A DNA stretch of 64,000 bases from Octopus sinensis (lineage: Eukaryota): NCBI RefSeq assembly GCF_006345805.1, contig NC_043011.1:26486464-26550463 (forward strand), written 5' to 3'. The position numbers and the translations under genes are program-made. Below, in pieces: positions 1 to 11,065 of this stretch. Each line of letters begins with the position of its first letter. Position 1 is the first letter of the stretch. Below the pieces are notes generated by a model that worked only from the letters and a program-made list of their open reading frames with translations, made no database searches and was not told where the DNA came from.

Positions 1-789
1 TGAGTATGTGTGTACGTGTGTGTGTTTGTGTGTGTGTGTGCATGTGTTTGTATGTTTGTGTATGTTTGTGCATACCCTTGTCTTGACGTCGTGGTCATAA
101 ACAAACATTGCCATCATGCAACCAATGTTGTTCATTTCCAGTCTTCTACGAAAAACGCGTTTGGCCATGGGAAAATATTGCCTTACCTGAAAACAGGTGA
201 TGACACCTGACAACTGGAATGGCAACCAGTTGTCGAAAATCTGTCTCGACAAATTCTGTCTGACCCATACAAGCATAGAAAAGTGGATGTTAAATGAAGA
301 TGATGATGATGATGATGATCACAGATGTGTTAATTAGAATTAATTTACCTTTCATTAGCAGAAGTATGTACTGCAATAGAGTATTAACCCTTTCAGCTTC
401 AGCAGGAATGGGCAGAGGTCAAACAAGTTCAGTGACATTCATTCCATTTCCCACCAACAAATTTAATCCTAAAGCCAACAAGGGAACTTCTATGTGGTCA
501 ATCAGCTAGAAATAACAACCAAATCACCCTCAAATCACAATTTATTGTCTTAAAAAAAAAGAAGAAAACATATTGTCTAAATAATACAGTCCTGCATACA
601 TCATTCTACATCTTTCTTTCTATGTTTCTTAAAATGATGACTTCTCTTCTATTTTTACATTTCTGATATCATTTTTCTATGATACCAGAAATGGGTCAGT
701 TTGGGCAAAAGAGCTACATTTTTTATCAATCTAGTTTTATATCTGACACTTCAAATTAGGAGAATGGGTATAATTGTCATCATTGTTGT

Positions 790-1125
790 TGTTGCCTTCT
801 TCTTCTTCTCACCTTCTTCTCACCTCCTTCTTCTTTTTCTTCTTCTTCTTCTTCTCACCATCTTCTTCTTCTTCTTCTTCTTCTTCTCTTCTTCTTCTTC
901 TCACCTTCTTCTTCTTCTTCTTCTTCTTCTCCTCCTCTGTCTTCTTATTATTACTATTACTATCATCCTACTTCTCCTCCTTCTCCTCCTTGCTGCCTTC
1001 TTCTTCTTCTTCTTCTTCTTCTTCTTCTTCTTCTCCTCCTCCTCCTCCTCTGTCTTCTTATTATTACTATTACTATCATCCTACTTCTCCTCTTCCTCCT
1101 TCTCCTCCTTGCTGCCTTCTTCTTG
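790..1125. repeat. (CTT)n/(CCT)n low-complexity tract containing a duplicated ~80-bp unit
   Basis: ctctgtcttcttattattactattactatcatcctacttctcctc occurs at about 934 and about 1048. Confidence 0.9.
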
Positions 1126-1958
1126 TTCTATTAAAATTCCTTTGACATATAGAATATCTTGGAGTATTAAACTGTAGAAGGAAAGGTAGAAATAAGGTTG
1201 TTCTTACCTTGAAATAAAACCAGAAATTAGTACCCAGCTTCACTTCACAAGGATCAGCAGAACTCACCGGTCATACCTACACATGTACGCAACCCAACCT
1301 CTAGCCAGAAACTACTCTCCCATCAAGATCTCTTCCACCTGTTTGTTCCCTTCGATGTCCTAATGAAGAAAGAGGCTGTTCAAATACCCTGCTTCTTGAC
1401 ATGATGTCACTTCCAGTCCTGACGTCACTCTTCCTCCTTTGCTTCCGGTCCTGACATCTCCCTTCACTTCTCCTCATAAACTAAACTGAGTACTTACCAG
1501 AAACTTTATTTTATGAACCAAGGAATGGTAAAAAGTCAAAATTGACCTTGGCAGGAATTGAACTCAGAACATAAAGGGCCATTATGAAATATCACAGGCA
1601 TTTTATCATTTAAAACTCTAACAATGTCGCCAATACATCCTTGTCACTTAATTCGATCTCAGAACTTGACCAAATAAACATAAATCGATGGACTAAGACA
1701 TAGTAATTGCACATACAATTCTATATTTCTGAGATGAGGAATTTTATATTATGTACACTGTTTACATAGTCAGACTGGTGTCATCATCATGATTTTTGTG
1801 TTCACTATCTTTCAGTTGTTGTACACACCAGCCTTCTTCAGGTATTTTGTGATTCACTTTAGTCCCTTGCTTGAGATTGAACTCAGAATCTTTAGGTGAT
1901 TGCTCTGCATTAACCAAATGCTCTTGTTCACTACACTATGTCCACAAGCAGTGGATAA

Positions 1959-2087
1959 GATGAGCTGAAGATAAGGATTGTGGTAGGATTCACCAACTTA
2001 AACAAGGAGACTGTCCTGAAGAGTTGCAGGAGATTCTGAAGTTGTCTGGAGGCTGTGGTTGAAGCCAATGGTCATTTTGTTGAATAA
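1959..2087 (+). mobile_element. Tc1/mariner transposase C-terminal relic
   Basis: DELKIRIVVGFTNLNKETVLKSCRRF*SCLEAVVEANGHFVE* resembles the Tc1/mariner C-terminus. Confidence 0.65.
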
Positions 2088-2514
2088 ATTTTCCTTTTAG
2101 TATTTCAAGATATTTTCCTGTAATTTTGGAAAATATATCTGTTAAAATGAGATATCAGTGTTATTTTCCTTTTTGCGTAATTTAGACAACAATATATTCA
2201 CCACACCCTGTATACACACACACCACTGGCTTCTACACTTCCATCAACCAAATTCAAACAAAAGGCATTCATCAGTCTGTGACTATAGCAGAGACACTTG
2301 CCCAAGATGCTGCATGGTAGGATGGAACCTGAAACCACTTGGTTGCAAAGCTAGCTTCTTAACCACATGACCATGCCTGTCCCTGTGTTTATAATTTATT
2401 TTTATATTTAGTGTAAAAAATTTTATTAAAGTAGTAAAGGATTACCATACTTAATATTTTCACAGTAAAATCTATACTTCTTGTGAAATTTCATATCTTT
2501 ATTTTTTATGATAG

Positions 2515-2645
2515 ATTTTGCAAAAGCATTCAAAGAGATGTCTTGCCGATTTGAAGACCGATTCCTGAAGAACTTTGCCAGTTTTGGTAATAATAATCAA
2601 GAAGGCAAAAGGAATAAATTGCTTCTTCTTGACCTTTCTTCACAG
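2515..2645 (+). CDS. vWA-domain protein, first visible coding exon (upstream exon(s) not found)
   Basis: Acceptor ttttatgatag|AT, donor CAG|gtaag. Encodes (x)FAKAFKEMSCRFEDRFLKNFASFGNNNQEGKRNKLLLLDLSSQ and ends in phase 0, matching the next exon. Confidence 0.8.
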
Positions 2646-3052
2646 GTAAGAAAGTTTTCTTTTAATTTTGAACTTGCTTCAAAAATTGGCCTGCAGCCAT
2701 TCTGGGGCACTGCCCTGAGGAGGTTAGTCAAACAAATCAACCCCAATACTACATTTTTTTTTTAAAGTCTGATATTCATTTCTTTGGTCTCTTGATGAAC
2801 TGCTGAGTTATGGGAACACTGACAAACCAACACCGGTTGTCAAGTGGTGGTGGTGGTGGTGGTGTTCAAGAACAAAGACATCTGTGTATGTGTTATATGA
2901 GAGTGTGTGTGTGTTTATGCACATGTATGTGTATACATACACATATACATATACATACATTACATATATATATATAATATATATTGCAGCGTGGAAGGTG
3001 TTTATAAGCCATTTAAGAAACACACAAAAACCGTTAGAGATGCAGCACACAG

Positions 3053-3106
3053 TTTTGTCAGTGAACAGGTCATGGTCTCAAAAGCGACGAAAATATTTTG
3101 ACAAAA
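3053..3106 (+). ncRNA. Minimal type I hammerhead ribozyme, G3:C8 variant
   Basis: UUUUGUCA-GUGAACA-(G)GUC[14 nt]GAC-GAAA-AUAU-UU/UGACAAAA; 8-bp helix I and palindromic helix III AAUAUU. Confidence 0.65.
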
Positions 3107-3352
3107 TAAATTTAAATGTTGAAGTGAATCTAACGGTTTTTGTGTGTTTCTTAAATGGCTTATAAACATCTGCCACACTGCAATTGTTTTCATCCCAGCA
3201 CACGATCTCAGATCAGGTCACTTGCTATCCAAGTACATCTCCATAATATATATATATATATATATACATACGTTTATTATATAAATATACATTTACCATC
3301 ATCATCAACATCATCATTTAACGTCTGTTTTCCATGCTGGCATGGGTTGGAC

Positions 3353-3389
<37 letters not shown>

Positions 3390-3947
3390 TATGGAAGCCT
3401 GGTGGGCTTCCATATAGTTTTGGTCTACCAAATTCACTCACATGGCATTTGTTGGCCTAGGGCTATAGTAGTAGACACTCGCTCAAGGTATCACAGCCAA
3501 ATCCAAAACCACATAGTTACATTTTGAGCTTCATAACCTCAGAGCCATACCAATGCCTTAATATTGACAGTTTAAAAACTAACCATACGAATCCTATGAA
3601 CATAGAGGAGAAAATAAGGATCGCAGAAATGTAGTTCTAAATGATGAGGGAAAGGGTAGAGCTTTAAATAGAACAAATGTAAGGCAACCCACATCTGTGT
3701 TATCAGATCGTCTTTTTATAGGGATGCCTTTGTAACTAACTAGAGTATCAACATTATTTTTATCAAGTCACAAAGTCCTAAAGACTAGAAACCATTTAAA
3801 ATCTCCTCTCTCTCTCTCTCATCTTCTCTCTCTCTCTCTCTCACACTCTTTCCCTGTTTCTCTCTTTCTCTCTCTCGCTCTCTCACTCTGTCATACACAC
3901 ACACACACATATTTTTATGTACGTAGGATATGTATATATGTATATAT

Positions 3948-4010
<63 letters not shown>

Positions 4011-4936
4011 ATAATATATATATATATATATACATACATGCACACACACTACACATGCATATTGCACATCCACATACAAACACGAACACACATACAGATG
4101 CACACAGCAATGTAAATAAATTAACATTGAAACAGTAGTACATATATGGGGGTAAAATGAGGCACTATCTTGCAGCTATGTGTTCAAACATCAGTGGATA
4201 CCTTGACATATTAACAATACTCACAAACTACACTATCATCTTAAAATCTGTTTCTTTCAGCTGTCAATCATGCAAATTAATGAACATACATACAGACACA
4301 GGCACGGCAGTGTGGTAAGAAGTTTGCTTCCCAACCAACCACATGGTTCCAGGTTCTGTCCCACTTCATGCCACCTTGGGCATGTAACCCTGGGCTAACC
4401 AAAGACTTTGGTTAACAGAAACTGAAAGAAACCCATCATGTATGTGTGTGTGTGTGTGGTGTGTGTGTGTGTGTGTGTGTCCAACATAAAGACATACACA
4501 AACATAAAGATACACACACACACACATATATATCTATATATAGATATCATGATCATCATCATTTGGTATCCGTTGTCCATGCTGGCATGGGCTGAACCGT
4601 TGCTGAAGGACTGCACCAGACTCCAGTCTGATTTGGCATGGTTTCTACAGTTGGATACCCTTCCTAATGCCAACCACTCTGAGAGTGGATGGATGCTTTT
4701 ACATACCACTGGTTTGGTGCTAGTTGCTGACACCAGTATCTGCCACAACTATGATTTCACTTGGCTTGATGGCTCTTCTTCTCAAGCACAGTATATTGTC
4801 TCAATCATTTGTCATTGCTTCTGTGAGGCCCAGTGCTCCAAAGGTGCTTTTTACGTACCACCAGCACAAATGTTAGTTAAGTGACACCAGCATCAGCCAC
4901 ATTGCCTCCATGAGGCCCAATACTTGAAAGATGCTT

Positions 4937-5004
<68 letters not shown>

Positions 5005-5358
5005 TTAACGTCCGTTTTCCGTGCTAGCACATGTGCTTCTTTCAATTTCCATCTTACAAATCCTCTTATGAGACTTTGGTCAGCCTACCACCATAGTAGC
5101 TACAGTAGTAGATACCTGCCCAGGTTTCACACAGTGGGACTGAACCCAGGATCATGTGGTTGGGAAGCAAACTTATTACTACATAGCCATGCCTGAAACC
5201 ACATATACTGTGTTTTCAAATAGAGTACATTCATAAGAGATATTATCTCTGGATGAATACAAACTGTAACTTGCCTTTGACTAATGTATTTACATTAAAT
5301 ATGATAAAAAGATTTATTATTTTTTAAATTTTGATTTATACATTTAATGATCTTGCAG

Positions 5359-5635
5359 ATGTCTCCAGATGAAATATCTCACATTAAAGAGAGTCTTAAT
5401 TTAATGGTCGACAATATGTGTCTGCCAAAAAGCAGCACCCGTACAATTGACCATACTGTTGATGTCCATTCTTTAACGCTGATCACGAACAATGACAATG
5501 TGAAGCAATATCACTCAGAAACAAAAAGCATTGAACAACTTAAAGAAGCCATCCATAAGCTGAATGGACATGATGGAGTCAGTTGTGTAACTTCTCTGTT
5601 GAAGAAAGCATATACTCACATTGATAAGTACACAG
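5359..5635 (+). CDS. vWA-domain protein, middle exon
   Basis: Acceptor tcttgcag|ATG, donor ACAG|gtcag (phase 1). Encodes MSPDEISHIKESLNLMVDNMC...KKAYTHIDKYT. Joined to the previous exon it gives LLLLDLSSQMSPDEI, resembling the vWA beta1-DxSxS-alpha1 start. Confidence 0.85.
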
Positions 5636-5996
5636 GTCAGTTCTTACTTACATGGCTTCATAAGAAGTTTGCCAATATTTTCTAAAAACTATTGCAACCA
5701 TTTCAAGGTATCTTTATCTTTTGTGTGTTCAGTCACTGGACTGAGGTTATGTTGCCTTGAAGTTTTTGGAGGGTTTTTTTAAACAATTTTTTCTGACAAA
5801 CAGTTCAACTCCAATACTTTTTTTAAAGTCTGGTACTTATTCTATTGGTCTCTTTCACCAAACTGCTAAGTTACAAATATGTAAACAAACCAACATCAGT
5901 TTTCAAGTGGTGGCTTGAGGTCATAAATACACACATACACACACACACTTGTATATATACATATATTTAGAAGGTTGATTGTTATGGCTAGTCAGA

Positions 5997-6056
5997 GAGT
6001 GACCATTGGTTTCACACCTATAAAGCACTTAACTGTATAGGCAACTCGTCAGACTC
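5997..6056 (-). ncRNA. Type I hammerhead ribozyme, canonical core
   Basis: GAGU-CUGACGA-GUUGCCUAUA[CAGUUAAGUGCUU]UAUAGGUGU-GAAA-CC[AAU]G-GUC/ACUC; all three helices pair. Confidence 0.85.
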
Positions 6057-6103
6057 AAATGGCCAGAGGTGTGCTTCTTTTTCAGATATTTGAACTACTG
6101 ACC

Positions 6104-6423
6104 AATATATATATAAATTAGAAAAAAACCCACCTTTTACCAATTCAATAATGAAAAATTAAATTATACCATTTAGAAAAATTATATATTATAGAAAGAT
6201 TAAATATAAGATAAAACATATAACAATGATTAAGTAATGTGCAAAAAAGTAAATAAAACATATATATTTTATTTACTTTTTTGCACATTACTTAATCATT
6301 GTTATATGATTTATCTTATATTTAATCTTTCTATAATATGTAATTTTTCTAAATGGTATAATTTAATTTTTCGTTATTGAATTGGTAAAAGGTGGGTTTT
6401 TTTCTAATTTATATATATATATT
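6104..6423. repeat. About 320-bp near-perfect AT-rich palindrome
   Basis: The left arm (aattagaaaaaaacccaccttttaccaattcaataa...) is mirrored around about 6262 with only a few mismatches. Confidence 0.95.
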
Positions 6424-6513
6424 ATATTTTGTGAAATTTGATTTAGTATTTCTAAATTGAATTTTTCCCTGTAAGTTTAGAATAATATTCCCTCATTTTA
6501 TTATATATATATA

Positions 6514-6563
<50 letters not shown>

Positions 6564-7360
6564 GAACTTACAAAAAAAACTGCAAACAGATGTATTAGTT
6601 TGATGCTCGGGAAGTGAGAAAGTCTTTTATGCTTTGAGCTTACGCTCTTTGACAGAAAGGAACACAGAAATAAACAGGGAAAGAAAACAGAAAATAGAAA
6701 ATAGAGTGGCTAGCAATCTGTCATGCCGAATATATATATATGTATATAAGTGAAGGTGCATGACTTAGTGGTCAGAGAATTGGGCTCACAATCATGAGGT
6801 AGTGAGTTGAATTCCTAGACCAGGTTGTATGTTGTGTTCTTGAGCAAGACACTTTATTTCACATTGCTCCAGTTCAAGCAGCTGTGGAAATGAGTTTCGA
6901 TGTCACTGGTGCCAAGCTGCATCTGCCTTTGCCTTTTCCTTGGACAATATTAGTGGCATGGATAGGAGAGGCTGGTATACATGGCCAACTGCTGGTCTTC
7001 CATAAACAAAACAACCTTACCCAGACTTGTGCTTTAGAGGGGAAATTTCTAGGTGCAATCCCATGGACATTCATGACCAAAGGGGGTCTTTATCCTTTTA
7101 CCCTATATATATATATGTGTGTGTGTGTGTATAAACAATGATATATATATATATAAACTATACAGTTTCTAACTACCAAATTCACTCACAAGACATTGGT
7201 CAAGCTATAATACAAGGCATTTGTGGGACTGAATCCAAAAACATATGGTTGCAAAGAGAGATTCTAAATCACACTGCCATTCCTGTGTCTGTGTTATTAT
7301 CTTTTTATTTACATTTTTATAATTTTTTTGATTTCTAATATTTTCATTATTTCTTTGCAG

Positions 7361-7647
7361 ATGGATCCAAAACACGCATTAAATATGATGTGCTTCTAAT
7401 AACAGATGGCCGATCAACATGTCGTTCTTCATACTACAGAGAGGCATGGAAACTGCGCTCTGTTGCACACGTGTCTGTAATAACAATTATCAAGAGGGAT
7501 CAGATTACCAACAAAAAGATTAAAATAACTGATATTGCATCTGATAGTTCTACAGATAATGTGTATAGTTTCAGAAGCTGTAATGATTTCCTCGGTATGA
7601 TGAAACACATCAACACCTCTCCTTGCAAACAGTGTCCGGCAATTTGA
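7361..7647 (+). CDS. vWA-domain protein, terminal exon
   Basis: Acceptor ttctttgcag|AT (phase 1). Encodes DGSKTRIKYDVLLITDGRSTC...PCKQCPAI*; VLLITDG is the classic vWA beta4 motif. AATAAA at about 7723. Confidence 0.85.
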
Positions 7648-8463
7648 TTTCTGTATGAATATTATTCAATAACCAAACGGAATCACAACTACAAGGCTAA
7701 ACCACCTATTTCTTTATTGGATAATAAAAAGTTGCCAAAATACACACTATATACAACAACATACAAACATGCATGCATATATACATATACATGTAAATAT
7801 TGCACACTCATATATATATATATATAAAATATTATATATATATTATATATACATAATATATTTATCATGTGTGTGTGTATGTGAGTGTATGTGCATGTAT
7901 GTGTATATGTACATATATGATATATAACATTATATATACACAGGCACATATATATACATACGTATTATATTTATTTATGGGTTCTATATATAGTAATTAA
8001 ACATTTATATCTATATCTTCAATAGTTAGAAAATGCTTGATTTTGTATATACTTTTGTCTATACCTTTATTTAACTATTGAAGCATTATGGTGCTGAAAT
8101 ACTAATGACATGCTTGTGAGTACAAACTTTGTGGTATGTCCTATTTTATACTTTTGTGAAAAATGTATTACTCTGCTTGTTTCAGGTTGCCTAACTGATT
8201 AACAGATTAAACCTTTTGTTACCATATTTCTGTCAAAAAACACTGTCTTTGTTTCAATTAATTTTTAAAATAATTTTAAAATTTAGTAAAATTAACTCTG
8301 TCATTATTATAATAATAATAATGAAATTATTGTATACAGTGCTCAGGTGCACCACAACTTGTCAGAAAGTGCGTATCAAGTATATGCAGTAATGTACAAA
8401 TGTCTGGAAAGTGAACAATGTATGAGTCAGATACATGCTTGTGTGTGTATGGAGGGGAGAAAA

Positions 8464-8830
8464 TCAGGTGTAGTGTTGGCAAATCTCAGAAAGCATGGAA
8501 GTTTTGAAGGATGCAGTGCTCCGACAACTAACAACTGATGCCGGCAGTTTGTTCCATGCTTCAGCAACTCTCAGCGTGAAAAAATGCTTCCTAAAGTCAT
8601 GGGAGCTGTGCTGTTTTCTGACTTTGTAAATATGTCCATGGGTGTTAGACGGGTGGAGTTTGAAAAGGTGCTCAGAGTTATTGTTTGTAAGATGGTTGAT
8701 AATTTTATGGGTGTCTGCCAAGTCAGCTGCCAGACGTCAGAGTTTCAATGTGTCCATGCCCAGGGAAGTAAGGAATTAAACTGGGATTTGGCAAATAAAT
8801 TAACAAGGTATTTCGATAGGTTTTCATTTT
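8464..8830 (-). mobile_element. CR1/L2-type LINE 3' fragment
   Basis: HGHIYKVRKQHSSHDFRKHFFTLRVAEAWNKLPASVV is the typical ORF2 C-terminus. Confidence 0.8.
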
Positions 8831-9789
8831 GATCACTTTAAAAGGCTAAGTTTGATTCAAGGAACGAAGGATAGTCTTGGACAGATAGATATCAAAATGG
8901 TCAAACTTTTACTTCCTAACAGTTGAAAGCATATCAAGGTATATAGATAAATGTTATAACATATAAACATCTGTATTTGTAAATTCCATACCATTTAAAT
9001 ATATTGGTTTTTTACAAGTAAAAATCATAATTCCTTAATTCTATTCCCATCTTTTAAAACAATAAATTTTTCATCAGATATGGCTTCTTAATAATGATTT
9101 CTTAGATAAAGATGGCAAGCTGGTAGATTCATTGGCACACTGGGCAAAATTCTAAGTTGTATTTCATCTATCTTTACGTTCTGAATTTGAATTTCACCAA
9201 GGTCGACTTTGCCCTTCATCCTTTCAGAGTTGATAAAATAAGTACCATTTGAGCACTGGGTTTATATAAACAACTTAATCCCGCATCGAATATTGCTGGC
9301 CTTGTGCCAAAATTTGAAACCAATATATAAAGTTGTGTAATGCAAATCAGCTGTTTAATAAGACCATATAAAGTTGAAAAGTAGAGAGATGATGTGAAGT
9401 GTGTGGGCTTGGAGGTGAGAGAGGGATGCTCTGTGACAGAGACAGAGGTCAGAAGGACGTAGAGATTAATATAGTCGGTGATAAACAAAGGTGGTTGGGG
9501 AAACAATAACAGATATGAGAGAGTGTTCAAGGAAAAGGGTTGCTCAATGGAAAATGAAGTGGGAAGAGATGAAAGTAAGAAAACAGAATGGGTGACAAAA
9601 AAAAAAACGTGGTTCCAAAGAGAGAGATAACCTGTAGCACAGAAGGCAGGTGAAATATGCACACTTCTACTCTCAAAAAATTTCAGCAACTGAATAAATA
9701 GGGTTTTAGTTAGAAGACTGATGGAGTAATTGACACTCAGAAGTGAAGTTGCAGAGAAGGCTTGACAGAGACAGATTACATGCAGGGAC

Positions 9790-11065
9790 ACAGACATAAA
9801 GAACAGGCTTTTAGGACCTGAATTTTTGCTGAGATGAATGTCTTCTTAAGCACAGCAAACCACTAATTACTGTGATTCTTTGTCATCTCCTCCATGAGAT
9901 TCTGGCCCAGATGAGATGTAATTTGGTTTTGTGTCAGGCTGAATTACTACTGATGCTCTCTTTTTGGCAAGGCAACTGCAGGAGAAGTATTTAACCAAAA
10001 ATAAATAACTGCACTTGGCATTTGTCAACCTAGAGAAAACTGTCAACAGAGTCCCTTGCTTCCTGATCTGGTAGTCACTGTGGAAACTTGGAGCAGACAA
10101 ATGGCTGGTGAGAACCATTCAAGCCATGTACAAAGATGCCATCAGTAAGGTGAGATTTAGCAATGAGTGCAGCAATGAGTTTAGGGTGCAAGTAGGAGTT
10201 CTCAGTACCCTCCAACTCATCATAGATCCCCAGGCCAAGACAGAAGAGTTTAAGACTAGTTGTACATGAGAATGCTTCTATGCTGATGACCTTGTTCTTA
10301 TAGGTGGATGTGAAAAGGAATTAAAAAGAAATACCAGGTGTGGCTAAAAAAAAAAAAAGGAATCAAAAGTCCTTAAATTTAACTTAGCAAAAACCAAAGT
10401 TCTAGTAAGAAAACAGAGTGACCTTTACTTCCTTCAGATATACCACCCTGCTCACCCAGTGCAAGCTATGGACACACAAAGGATGCATTAGAATCACAGA
10501 GAGTTTAACAGAGAAAATATGTTCTTAGTGTTTATTGCAGAAGCAATATGCATTAACAACACACAAGAAACAGATTTTCTCAAATGCCCAGGAGAATCCT
10601 TAGAAGTAGTAGATAGTTTTTGTTACCTAGGTGATCTAATTAGCAGCAGAAGAGGTTGTTATGAAAGTATTGTCGCTGGAATAAGAATAGGATGGAGACA
10701 GTTCAGAGAGCTATTACCACTGTTGGTATCAAAAGGCCTCTCTCAGAGTGAAAGGCAGATTATATGATGCTAGTGTACAAACAGCAATGCTACATAGGAG
10801 TGAAATGTGGGTTGTGAATGCAGAGACTATGCAAAGACTGTAAAGAAATGAAGCCTGAATGCTCTGCTGAATGTACAATGTCAGTGTGCAAGTACAACAA
10901 AGTGCAAATATGTTGAGAGAAAAACTGAGTGTAAGAGATATCTGATGCAGGATGCAAGAAAGAAGACTGCTCTGGAATGGTCACGTGATGTGTATGAATG
11001 TGGACAGCAGTATAAAGAAGTGTCAATTGCTGAATGTGGATAGAACCTGTGGAAGAAAGAGACCC
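9790..11065 (+). mobile_element. Degenerate RTE-type LINE (reverse transcriptase and 3' end)
   Basis: FGFVSG*ITTDALFLARQLQEKY...LAFVNLEK; YADD at 10279-10290; multiple stops and frameshifts. Confidence 0.85.

Noticed and set aside
701-1177. 158-aa and 123-aa hydrophobic ORFs
   Set aside because: They are translations of the (CTT)n/(CCT)n tract, with no splice or homology support.
1355-1404. Possible plus-strand HHR (ATGTC-CTAATGA...GACAT)
   Set aside because: G5 is mutated, GAAA is absent and no helix III forms; too degenerate to support.
3785-4143. YI/CV/HT-rich ORFs here and at many other loci
   Set aside because: They are translations of (TA)n, (CA)n and (TC)n microsatellites.
5708-5716. 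GTATCTTT resembling a U12-type donor
   Set aside because: It mismatches GTATCCTT, lies past an in-frame stop, and the U2 donor at 5636 already gives the correct phase.
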